From: Octopus sinensis
Lineage: Eukaryota
DNA length: 8,899 bases
Assembly (NCBI RefSeq): GCF_006345805.1
Contig: NW_021828036.1
Span: forward strand, 1 to 8,899
Direction of reading: 5' to 3'
Numbering within the stretch: the stretch's first letter is position 1; every line of letters begins with the position of its first letter. The translations under genes and the position numbers were made by a program. The notes beneath the pieces are model-generated. The model saw only the letters and a program-made list of their open reading frames with translations. It was not told where the DNA came from and made no database searches. This document shows positions 1 through 8,491 of the stretch, piece by piece.

Positions 1-107
1 TCACCCCTGGATTGTAAAGTAACATGTCTAAGTATATGTTATTCGGATACTGTTCTTTTTTAGTATATGAGGTCTTAACTCAGGAGGATTTATACGAGCT
101 GTGGGTG

Positions 108-620
108 TTAGGTTTGCATTAGATAGGTATGGTTTAGATTATAGTAGCTGAATGTGTGTTTAGCTGAATGCAAGCACCATGGTAATTGTTCTATAAATCT
201 GTTCATAATGCGTTCCTTTGTTAATATTGAGAGTGACTCTTCGGAACATAGCAGGTATTTCCGTGATAATGTGTTGTATGAACTCAAATGTCTAATGATG
301 GACCAGGTAAGGTCATATTTTGCCTTCTCTTCCTTGAGCCTCCAGATAAAATCAGCCACTGATGTTACATGCCGTTTAAAGATTTTTTTCGAAAGCTGGC
401 AATGTGGTTGCGATATCGATTTTTGAACGTATCAACTGATGCACCGATATATAGGTTGGGGCCTCCTCTAGTGTTTACTGTGCACTTATATGCCACATTT
501 CTGGTCATGCATTGGATCTGTCTCTACATGAGCATAACTGGTTGGTTTTTATGTTTGCTTGTGTGCAGCGAGCACTTGATAGATCGGTTCTATCCAGTAT
601 ATTCTTGGTCATTGTTATCC

Positions 621-699
<79 letters not shown>

Positions 700-910
700 T
701 TTGGGTGTGTTAGTGTTGTTTGAATTGTTGCTGGTGTGATACATTGGTTGGTTATTGTAAAAATTGTAGTTGTTTTCTCTCGGTTGGTTGGGATTATAGA
801 TCGAGTCATTATCACTTTGATACGTTAATTAGTTGGTATTAGCATTGTCTCTACGTTGGTCATATGAGTCACGGTCAATTTTTGAGAGCTTATTTTGAGT
901 GCAATCTGTT
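108..910 (-). pseudogene. Degenerate PLE linker plus GIY-YIG endonuclease
   Basis: Joined frames read ...NQLCSCRDRSN / CMTRNVAYKCTVNTRGGPNLYIGASVDTFKNRYRNHIASFRKK / IFKRHVTSVADFIWRLKEEKAKYDLTWSII...RKYLLCSEE...WCLH. This fits the pattern CxC...C...VxYK...YIG...FKxRYxNHxxSF...IWxLK...W.I...CxLC...CxH. There is a frameshift and apparent deletion near 510, a 1-nt frameshift in the T7 run at 383-389, and a stop at 108-110. ORF 108..359 is the C-terminal piece and ORF 505..744 is the linker. Confidence 0.85.
621..699. repeat. (ATT)n microsatellite, about 26 units, inside the PLE1 linker
   Basis: Directly visible perfect trinucleotide run; reads as poly-Asn in ORF 505..744. Confidence 0.98.
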
Positions 911-954
911 AACTGATGGGTCGAAACATATTGTACCTAATATTAATTAAAATA

Positions 955-955
955 T

Positions 956-1013
<58 letters not shown>

Positions 1014-1014
1014 A

Positions 1015-1070
<56 letters not shown>

Positions 1071-1080
1071 AAAGAGAGAG
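955..1080. repeat. Compound (TA)n (955-1012) plus (GA)n (1014-1080) microsatellite
   Basis: Directly visible, each with a few interruptions. Confidence 0.98.
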
Positions 1081-1081
1081 A

Positions 1082-1157
1082 CTATAGTAGAAGGCATTTG
1101 CTCAAGGTGTCACGCAATGGAATAGGGCCCAGAACCATGTGGTTGGGAAGCAAGCTT
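1082..1157 (-). mobile_element. Fragment of tRNA-derived SINE family 1 (head/body part), inverted relative to the adjacent copy
   Basis: ctatagtagaaggcatttgctcaaggtgtcacgca...accatgtggttgggaagcaagct aligns collinearly with 7195-7270 and is the reverse complement of 1152-1223. Confidence 0.9.
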
Positions 1158-1550
1158 ACCAACTTCATGGTTCCGGGTTCATTCCCCCTGCGTGGCACCT
1201 TGGGCAAGTGTCTTCCACTATAGCCTCGGGGCGACCAAAGCCTTGTGAGTGGATTTGGTAGACGGAAACTGAAAAGAAGCCCGTCGTATATATGTACATA
1301 TATATATGTATATATGTATGTGTGTGTATATGTTTGTGTGTCTGTGTTTGTCCCCCCCAACATCGCTTGACAACCGATGTTGGTGTGTTTATGTCGCCGT
1401 AACTTAACGGTTCGGCAAAAGAGATCGATGGAATAAGTATTAGGATTCCAAAGAATAAGTCCTGGGGTCGATTTGCTCGACTAAAGGCGGTGCTCCAGCA
1501 TGGCCGTAGTCAAATGACTGAATCAAGTAAAAGAGTAAAAAAGTAAAAGA
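1152..1550 (+). mobile_element. tRNA-derived SINE family 1 (octopus-type), lacking the 5' A-box region
   Basis: B-box-like GGGTTCATTCC at 1175-1185, a central (TA)/(TG) microsatellite at ~1288-1340, and a 3' module ending in an (AAGTAA/AAGAGTAAAA)-type tail. It is the reverse complement of 6820-7270 along its whole length. Confidence 0.93.
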
Positions 1551-1614
1551 TAATACTCCTAAATAATTAATAAGCATTTTTTTCATCCTTGTATAGATTT
1601 GAGTGCAAAACTTT

Positions 1615-1710
1615 ATAGGGCCCGAGAAAACACTTAGCATTATTTAGTTTTGAGTTCAAATACCACCGGAGTTAATTTGTTTTTCAGCCCTTCCACATTG
1701 ATAAGATAAT
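1615..1710 (+). mobile_element. Highly diverged fragment of SINE family 2
   Basis: cacttagcattattt...ttttgagttcaaataccaccggagttaatttgtttttcagcccttcc aligns with tgcttaacggtattt...ttctgagttcaaatttcgccgaggtcaactttgcctttcctcctttc at 2881-2947. Confidence 0.65.
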
Positions 1711-2052
1711 TTTCAATCAAAGTTACTTTTAGCTGTTTTGCTAATCATTGGCTATAATTACAAAGATTTTTTACCTCAAATCTCAAGTAAATATTGTTAG
1801 ATACTTAGCTATCTTGCATAAATGTTTTCCTTATATAAGCAGTGTCTGATAAAGCTGTCTTCTATATCCCATGTAATTAGCAAATTGTCGAGATCATTTT
1901 ATTAATTAAAATTGCTCATTGTTTCCCTTATTATAGAGACAGCGTTATTGTGAAAAGGATTATTATAGTCACGGCGTTTTCTACAATCCCACGTTCGTTT
2001 CAGGTCATTGTATAACTTTTCAACACTTATGGTATATATACTTTTGTCCCAC

Positions 2053-2116
2053 GACGATGATGATGATAATGATGCCCCTCCTCCTCCTCTTCCTCCTCCT
2101 CCTCCTTATTATTATT
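2053..2116. repeat. Compound (GAT)n-(CCT)n-(ATT)n microsatellite
   Basis: Directly visible. Confidence 0.95.
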
Positions 2117-2670
2117 GAGTGAGAGAGCAATGCATACCATCAAAGCGACACTGGGGTAAAATATACGAAGCCCAGTATAGCCATCATGACTACCAGTCTG
2201 ATAAGGGTACACTAGGCACATGCATCACAACCATATGTGCGCGACATGGTGATCTCATATCAAGATAAACAGCGCATGACCTTACAGGTGGAGCCCAGTT
2301 AGAATTTTCATCTCGTCCAATAGCCCATCCCGCTCAAAAGGTCCCTGAATAAGGATTGTTTAAGGATGTTGAACGAACCACCCATGTTTCCAGAGGTGAA
2401 TTATCCAAACCTCTAAGAATTCCTTTCAACACACGGTTATGATGCTCCCTCACTACTTCTGCTTATGATCAGAGATGCACACATCGTCAGCCACTAAGGG
2501 ACATACTCAACGGGTTAAGGTCAAGCACCTGACAAGCAAATCTGTGGTATTGAGCAGAATATTTGCTGTATCCCATCTTTTGTACCAAGACAAAACAATG
2601 TACATGATAACACTTACAATCAGTTAAGATCAGAAGCCATGAGAGCCACTGCCTGGTACTGCATCAGGGC
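2117..2670. mobile_element. ~555 bp non-coding interspersed element bracketed by (ATT)n; orientation and class unresolved
   Basis: Sharp-edged block with more balanced base composition than its flanks, ATT repeats at both ends, and no convincing protein similarity in my translation. It resembles a high-copy Octopus repeat from memory (unverified). Confidence 0.6.
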
Positions 2671-2671
2671 A

Positions 2672-3034
<363 letters not shown>

Positions 3035-3036
<2 letters not shown>

Positions 3037-3070
3037 TATCATCATCATCATCATCATCATTATTATTATT
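3035..3070. repeat. (ATC)n(ATT)n tract, likely tail of the SINE family 2 copy
   Basis: Directly visible. Confidence 0.9.
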
Positions 3071-3170
3071 AGAGCAAAAAAAAAAAAGAAGACTGCCATT
3101 GTTATCAATGGTACTCTTCTTTTTTTGCTTCTGTATACCTACTGGAGGAGTTACCGCAATCCTATAAAAT

Positions 3171-3174
3171 ATTA

Positions 3175-3238
<64 letters not shown>

Positions 3239-3245
3239 GTTGTTG
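3171..3245. repeat. (ATT)n microsatellite grading into (GTT)n at the LINE 3' end
   Basis: Directly visible. Confidence 0.97.
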
Positions 3246-4668
3246 TTTTGGCTCAGGGTTGGTCTTATTCCTAGTAGATTTTATGTGAGTAGCGGGTTAC
3301 TACCTGTAACTTTAGGTATCCACAAATTTTCAGCAGCCTTTCAAGTGCTTAGGACCCTCACGATAATCCTTGCTGTCCCTAAGAGACAAACTTTCTGTTG
3401 GAGCTCTCCCAGGCATTCTATTTCAATCTCCTTCAGCCACTTGTTTATATTTTGCCTTCCCAACGCACCAATTATTATAGGCACAACCTTTACTGTTCGC
3501 ATGCTCCAAATTCTTCCTATTTCGAATTTTAAAGGTTTATATTTACGATCCTGGAATCACACGGGAATCAGTAAATAAGTTCGCTTTTCCTTTTCTATAA
3601 TTGTAATATATCGTCTATTATTTTCTAATTTCTTGTCCGTTTGAATTGGAAAATCCCATGAAATCTTTCATGTCTTCGACTCGATGATTGTACTATGTGT
3701 TTCCAGCTTCTAACCCCCCTTTTCTGGCAGAGTTTCCAGGGTAAAACTTTTAAAACCTGGTCGTGTCTCTATTTCTTATATTCTTCCTGTGCCAACTTGG
3801 GGCATTCTGCTACAATGTGTGCCACTGTCTCGTCCCAAGTTTCATAGGCTCTACATTTTTCTGACACATTCTTTCCATATATATGTTTTCCTAAGTTGTT
3901 TGTTTTTATCGCTTGATCTTGGGCTGCTACAATTAGGCTCTTTGTTTCTTTTTTAATTGCCCCTTTTTAAACCAAGCCCCAGATTTTGTTCCACATACGT
4001 CTTCAGTGGCTCTCCAGAACTGGTCATGCAGAGGTTTCTCTTGGGTCTGTTTGACGTGTGGTTTTTGTATTTCATTCTTGTTCTTCTATCACACGCTTCA
4101 TCACCTGCCGTTTATTAACTGTCTTTAGCAGTTTTTCTGTGCTGCTCTGTAAATACTCTACTAGACTTTCTCTTTCCATTCGTATATATTCTTCTACTGC
4201 TATTAAGCCTCTTCCACCCTGTCTCTCCTCAAGTATAGCCGGTTGATATCAGCTTTCGAACGGCGGGCTCCATACATCGTCAACAAATTCCTAGTTTTCC
4301 TGCCATTTTTCTTTATATCATTTCTAGTTCAGTGTATAGTTCCAACTCCATACCTGGTTAAGAGTACTGCTCTTGAATTTATGGCTTCAATACGATTTTT
4401 GCAATTCAGCTTTGTCTGCAATAATTTTCTTACTCTGCATGTGTACTCCCTACTGGTAATTTGTTTCATTTCTTCATTTTTATCTCGTATGCTTCCAGTA
4501 TTTCCACGTACTGTCCTTTCTCAACCGCTCTCATTGTTTTTCCATTTGGCATTTCAATTCCATGGCTTCTTTCCAATTTTCCTCGTTTTATTTTCAATAT
4601 AGCGCATTTTCTATCCCAAATTCCATACCTATGTCACTTGAGAAAATGCGGATAGTATATACAAGACT
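3239..4668 (-). mobile_element. 5'-truncated RLE-type non-LTR retrotransposon, R4/Dong-like (LINE A): late RT/thumb, CCHC knuckle, RLE and short 3' UTR
   Basis: Minus-strand fragments: DSLVYTIRIFSSDIGMEFGIE/CAILKIKRGK; EYTCRVRKLLQTKLN..N.IEAINSRAV; RKTRNLLTMYGA..KADINRLYLRR/QGGRGLIAVE; KPLHDQF; ETKSLIVAAQDQAIKT; KCRAY..DETVAHIVAECPKLAQEEYKK*RHD; WDFPIQTDKKLENNRRYI; VKVVPIIIGALG; LQQKVCLLGTARIIVRVLST* (stop at 3341-3343). There are multiple frameshifts and stops, and the catalytic PD and one knuckle Cys are lost, so it is inactive. Confidence 0.92.
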
Positions 4669-4933
4669 ATCCAGTAGTCTTATTTTTAACACGTGATTTC
4701 ACTGCACAACCGAGTGCATCTCTGACTACCTTGGGTATTTGCTGTGGTTTGTTTTAGCTCTGTTATTTTCACTCCGTTGAAAGTGCTTTACGTAGGATGC
4801 CTACAGTGCCTATTTCTACTATTTTCTGTGTTACATATATTCGTGAGTCCTGATGTTTTGGTTATGTATTTGTCTGAGTGTTTTTTAATCATACCTAATG
4901 CACTTCTTATTAGGGGGACTGCTTTTGTTTTTA

Positions 4934-4935
<2 letters not shown>
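4669..4935 (-). mobile_element. 3'-terminal fragment of a second RLE-type LINE family (LINE B)
   Basis: Minus strand reads KTKAVPLIRSALGMIKKHSDKYITKTSGLTNICN / TQKIVEIGTVGILRKALSTE* (stop ~4769-4771), homologous to the VPIIIGALG...LQQKVCLLGTARIIVRVLST* end of LINE A. It is followed by a ~100 nt 3' UTR unrelated to that of LINE A. Confidence 0.85.
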
Positions 4936-4972
<37 letters not shown>

Positions 4973-5034
4973 CATTATTATCATTATTATTATTATTATT
5001 ATTATCATTATTATTATTATTATTATCATCATCA

Positions 5035-5071
<37 letters not shown>

Positions 5072-5088
5072 CATCATCATTATTATTA

Positions 5089-5125
<37 letters not shown>

Positions 5126-5151
5126 CATCATCATTATTATTATTATTATTA

Positions 5152-5185
<34 letters not shown>

Positions 5186-5208
5186 CATCGTCATCATCAT
5201 CATCATCA

Positions 5209-5239
<31 letters not shown>

Positions 5240-5295
5240 CACTATTATTATTATTGTTATTATTATCATTATTATTATTATTATCATTATTTTTG

Positions 5296-5350
<55 letters not shown>

Positions 5351-5365
5351 TATATTATTATTATT

Positions 5366-5396
<31 letters not shown>

Positions 5397-5592
5397 CATT
5401 ATTATTATTATCATATTATTATTATTATATTATTATTATTATTATTATATCATTATTATCATTATTATTATTATCATTATTATCATTATTATTATTATTC
5501 TTATTATCATTATTATTATTATTATTTCATTATTATCATTATTTTTGTTTTTATTATTATTATTATTATTATTATCATCATCATTATTATTA

Positions 5593-5626
<34 letters not shown>

Positions 5627-5650
5627 CATCATCATTATTATTATTATTTA

Positions 5651-5685
<35 letters not shown>

Positions 5686-5896
5686 TCATCGTCATCATCA
5701 TCATCATCATCATTATTATTATTATTATTATTATTATCATCACTATTATATTATTGTTATTATTATCATTATTAACATTATCATTATTATTATTATTTAT
5801 TATTATTATATTATTATTATTATTATTAATTATCATTATCATTATTATTATTATTATTGTTATCATTATTTTATTATTATTATTATTATATTATTA

Positions 5897-5936
<40 letters not shown>

Positions 5937-6006
5937 CATTATTAACATTATCATTATTATTATATTATTATCATTATTATTATTATTATCATTATTATCA
6001 TTATCA

Positions 6007-6050
<44 letters not shown>

Positions 6051-6062
6051 TATTATTATTGT
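4936..6062. repeat. 1.1 kb degenerate (ATT)n/(ATC)n array with internal block duplications
   Basis: Directly visible; rare variant units recur at fixed spacings (see findings). Confidence 0.98.
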
Positions 6063-6129
6063 TATATAAACATTGACGTAAATAGACAATAAGAAGAGCG
6101 CGATGCAGTTGTAATGGATTGTTTATTGG

Positions 6130-6174
6130 TTTGAACGTTTTTTTGACAGCTCATCTGTCTTTTTCAAGTTCAAA
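6130..6174 (-). ncRNA. Degenerate hammerhead-ribozyme-like structure in the PLE2 3' UTR
   Basis: Minus strand tttgaa-CTTGAAAAA-GACAG-atgag-CTGTC-aaaaaaacgttcaaa: a perfect 5-bp inner stem and a 7-bp outer complementarity. The core deviates from CUGANGA/GAAA. Confidence 0.4.
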
Positions 6175-6310
6175 ATGTAAAATGAAGAAACACAGAAATT
6201 CAAAGGTGTAAACGAGGAAATCCTGCGTTCCCACTTTGACAGAATGACATCATTAGCCTTCAATTTTGCCACTGGCAAAAGGAAAAAAAAAAAAGAAGAA
6301 AAATGAATAT

Positions 6311-6778
6311 TTAGCCGAATAATTTTGTGTAAATGTGATGAATTTCACCTGTCATTTTATTCATTCCTTCAGGGTGTGATGTTAGTAACTCACAAACATA
6401 TTTGTCCTCATGCATTTTGAAGACTGAATGTGTAGTAGACACAGAATATTTCCTCAAAATTGCAGCCGCTTGTGGTTAATGTTCGGCAACTTCTATCGAA
6501 CTATTGCTGTTGTGCCTGACGTCGTACTTCTGCCCATTGAATCTTTTGCATAATTGTTCTATTGTACAGCCAACATAAATCAAGCTGTGTTTGGTGCTTT
6601 TTGCTGCTTACACCAAATGGGAATCTTTACACGTTCCACCTTCTGTATGAATTATAACATTTCTGTTATGATTCCTGATGGAATTGATTTGACTCATGTT
6701 GCACAATGAACTGGGCTTACATTTCTTGCGGCTGTTTTTCAAGGTACAGCGTTCAGAAACTTTCTTGGAATCAGAAAT
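6311..6778 (-). pseudogene. Degenerate GIY-YIG endonuclease of PLE2
   Basis: ISDSKKVSERCTLKNSRKKCKPSSLCNMSQ...GGTCKDSHLV*AAKSTKHSLIYVGCTIEQLCKRFNGQKYDVRHNSNSSIEVAEH* then, after frameshifts, MHEDKYVCELLTSHPEGMNKMTGEIHHIYTKLFG*. YVG lies at 6569-6577 and the terminal stop at 6311-6313. The Cys-rich linker, TC, LVY...YVG, RF..H, V..H and L.T.HP.GMN motifs are typical of PLE endonucleases. Confidence 0.88.
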
Positions 6779-6819
6779 AGTGGTTCAATTTAATATCTAA
6801 TTTTAAATTTAAATTGTTT

Positions 6820-7097
6820 ACTCTTTACCCTTTTACTTGTTTCAGTCATTTGACTGCCCCCATGCTGGAGCACCGCCTTTAGTCGAGCAAATCGATTCCA
6901 GAGCTTATTCTTTGTAAGCTTAGTATTTATTCTGTCGGTCTCTTTTGCCGAACCGCTAAGTTACGGGGACGTAAACACACCAATATTAGTTATCAAGTGA
7001 TGGTGGAAGGGGACAAACACAGACACACAAATACATACACACACACATACACACACCCACACCCACACCCACACACCCACACCCACACCCACACACA

Positions 7098-7133
<36 letters not shown>

Positions 7134-7296
7134 GACGGGCTTCTTCCAGTTTCTGTCTGCCAAATCCACTCACAAGGCTTTGGTCGGCCCGAGGCTATAG
7201 TATGAGACACTTGCCCAAGGTGCCACGCAGTGGGACTGAACTCGGGATCATGTGGTTGGTAAACAAGCTACTTACCACACAGCCATTCCTGCACCT
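6820..7296 (-). mobile_element. Full-length tRNA-derived SINE family 1 copy
   Basis: Minus-strand head aggtgcaggaaTGGCTGTGTGGtaag... with A box at 7275-7285 and B-box-like GAGTTCAGTCC at 7233-7243. It has a central (TA)n/(GGGTGT)n/(TG)n microsatellite and a 3' module with an aagtaaaagggtaaagagtaaa tail. It is homologous to 1152-1550. No clear target-site duplication. Confidence 0.95.
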
Positions 7297-7507
7297 GTTA
7301 ATTTATTTTCGTACATAAAATAAAGATCTTAATTTTTTTTGTAGTTGGTAGCCGTGTAAAGCAATATTTCATCCTCCTTTGGAATCGCTGGTATGGCATA
7401 ACTTGAGACTCTAAATTAAGCTAAATTCAACATTCTTTAAGATTCTTAAAAAAGAGAATTCATTATCTGCTTCTGTTGAATTGTTTTCAACTTCTGCTTC
7501 TGATGTC

Positions 7508-7790
7508 TGCCTTCTCGACTTTTTATTCCTCCTCCTCCTCCTCCTTTTCCTTCTTCTTCTTCTTCATTTTCTTCTTCTTCTTCTCCTCCTCCTCCTTCTT
7601 CTTCTTCTCCCCCTCCTTCTTTTTCTTCTTTTTCTTTTTTTCTTCTTCTACTTCTTCATTTTCTTCTTCTTCTTATTATTATTATTCTCCCTCCTTCTTT
7701 TTCTTCTTTCTTTTTCTTCTCTTCTTCTTCTTCTTCTTCTTCTTCTTCTTCTTCTCCTCCTCCTCCTCCTCCTCCTCTCCTCCCTTCACG
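7508..7790. repeat. Polypyrimidine (CTT)n/(CCT)n compound microsatellite
   Basis: Directly visible; almost only C/T on the + strand, with a short (TTA)n patch near 7673-7686. Confidence 0.97.
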
Positions 7791-8105
7791 CTATCACTGA
7801 TCCTTTATTTTTCAAGGCATCGTGCTTCACACAATGCCTATCTCTCTTTTGCTTTTGCTTTATTCAGTTTTCCTTTTATTTCCATCTCTCTTCCCTGATT
7901 TCCCCCCCACCTCCGTCTCTCTCCTCCTTCCAGATAGTTTTTCATTTGAAAGGTAATCACCGATCAATCACTGTGCCTGCGTAGAGAGGGAAAGAATTCT
8001 GTGTTATGACTCACGTAACCACAGTTATTAAATAAAATTTATTCACTCTATTTCGCGGTATCTAGTACCTTTCCGCATCATTAAAATTCACACTAGTGTG
8101 GACCT

Positions 8106-8108
<3 letters not shown>

Positions 8109-8140
<32 letters not shown>

Positions 8141-8179
8141 ACACACACACAAACACACACACACACAAACACACACACA

Positions 8180-8222
<43 letters not shown>

Positions 8223-8227
8223 CACAA
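8109..8227. repeat. Interrupted (CA)n microsatellite
   Basis: Directly visible. Confidence 0.97.
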
Positions 8228-8451
8228 AACAAGGCATAAATACTGGTCGCTACATATTGTTTTGCATTGTAGTAAATCTGACTAACAGCTGTTTCCAGTG
8301 GTCATTATGGGTTCGTTATTGATACCAATTTTACTCGATTGGCCCATTGGTCAGTTTAGAAAAATTGAACGACCTAGCAAATTAATGCTACTTTCGTGAG
8401 TAAACCTACCTTTCAAATGAGCAGACCTATCACATATATAGATATGTAATA

Positions 8452-8454
<3 letters not shown>

Positions 8455-8491
<37 letters not shown>

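Larger units (their letters stand above)
1..955 (-). mobile_element. 5'-truncated, decayed Penelope-like retroelement (PLE1), probably Naiad/Chlamys-type; 3' part may continue beyond the left window edge
   Basis: Minus-strand translation gives a GIY-YIG domain in three frames (next feature), preceded by an Asn-rich low-complexity linker. The element ends at the (TA)n tract near 955. Boundaries are approximate. Confidence 0.8.
6063..6790 (-). mobile_element. 5'-truncated Penelope-like retroelement (PLE2), canonical CCHH-type endonuclease (Neptune/Poseidon-like), with 3' UTR
   Basis: Degenerate GIY-YIG ORF at 6311-6778, followed by a 3' UTR with a hammerhead-like fold and AATAAA (minus strand, 6122-6127), then directly the (AAT)n array. 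Confidence 0.85.

Noticed and set aside
1-545. Selenocysteine recoding or SECIS in PLE1
   Set aside because: No in-frame TGA at a conserved Cys position (the TGA at 505-507 results from a frameshift), and no SECIS-like fold is visible in 1-107.
369-815. ORFs 369..713, 512..739 and 615..815 with poly-Y/L/I
   Set aside because: Antisense or off-frame readings of PLE1 and its ATT tract.
3090-3170. Short unique island with hairpin ccattg-ttat-caatgg (3096-3111), possible micro-exon
   Set aside because: A 6-bp stem is expected by chance, and there is no convincing splice-site or coding signal.
3237-4655. Plus-strand ORFs 3237..3578, 4058..4246, 4243..4602 and 4461..4655
   Set aside because: Antisense to the decayed RLE LINE, whose minus-strand translation carries the recognisable motifs.
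4936-6062. CRISPR-like or telomeric array
   Set aside because: No repeat-spacer structure, eukaryotic context, and the unit is ATT/ATC rather than TTAGGG-like.
4744-6089. Long ORFs (343 aa, 392 aa, 138 aa and others) rich in L, I, Y, N, H
   Set aside because: They are stop-free frames of the ATT/ATC microsatellite with no protein-like complexity.
6961-7210. Three short ORFs with VGVG/HTHP repeats, and the similar 1082..1363 ORF
   Set aside because: They are read through SINE bodies and their internal microsatellites.
7225-7296. tRNA gene
   Set aside because: A and B boxes are present, but the sequence continues into a SINE body and I could not build a full cloverleaf; it is a tRNA-derived SINE head.
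7476-8322. Poly-F/S/L ORFs (140 aa, 167 aa) and the poly-TH ORF
   Set aside because: Translations of the CTT/CCT and CA repeats.
8320-8350. Cluster of CCAAT/ATTGG motifs suggesting a promoter
   Set aside because: Short motifs in AT-rich DNA with no linked gene or transcript evidence.
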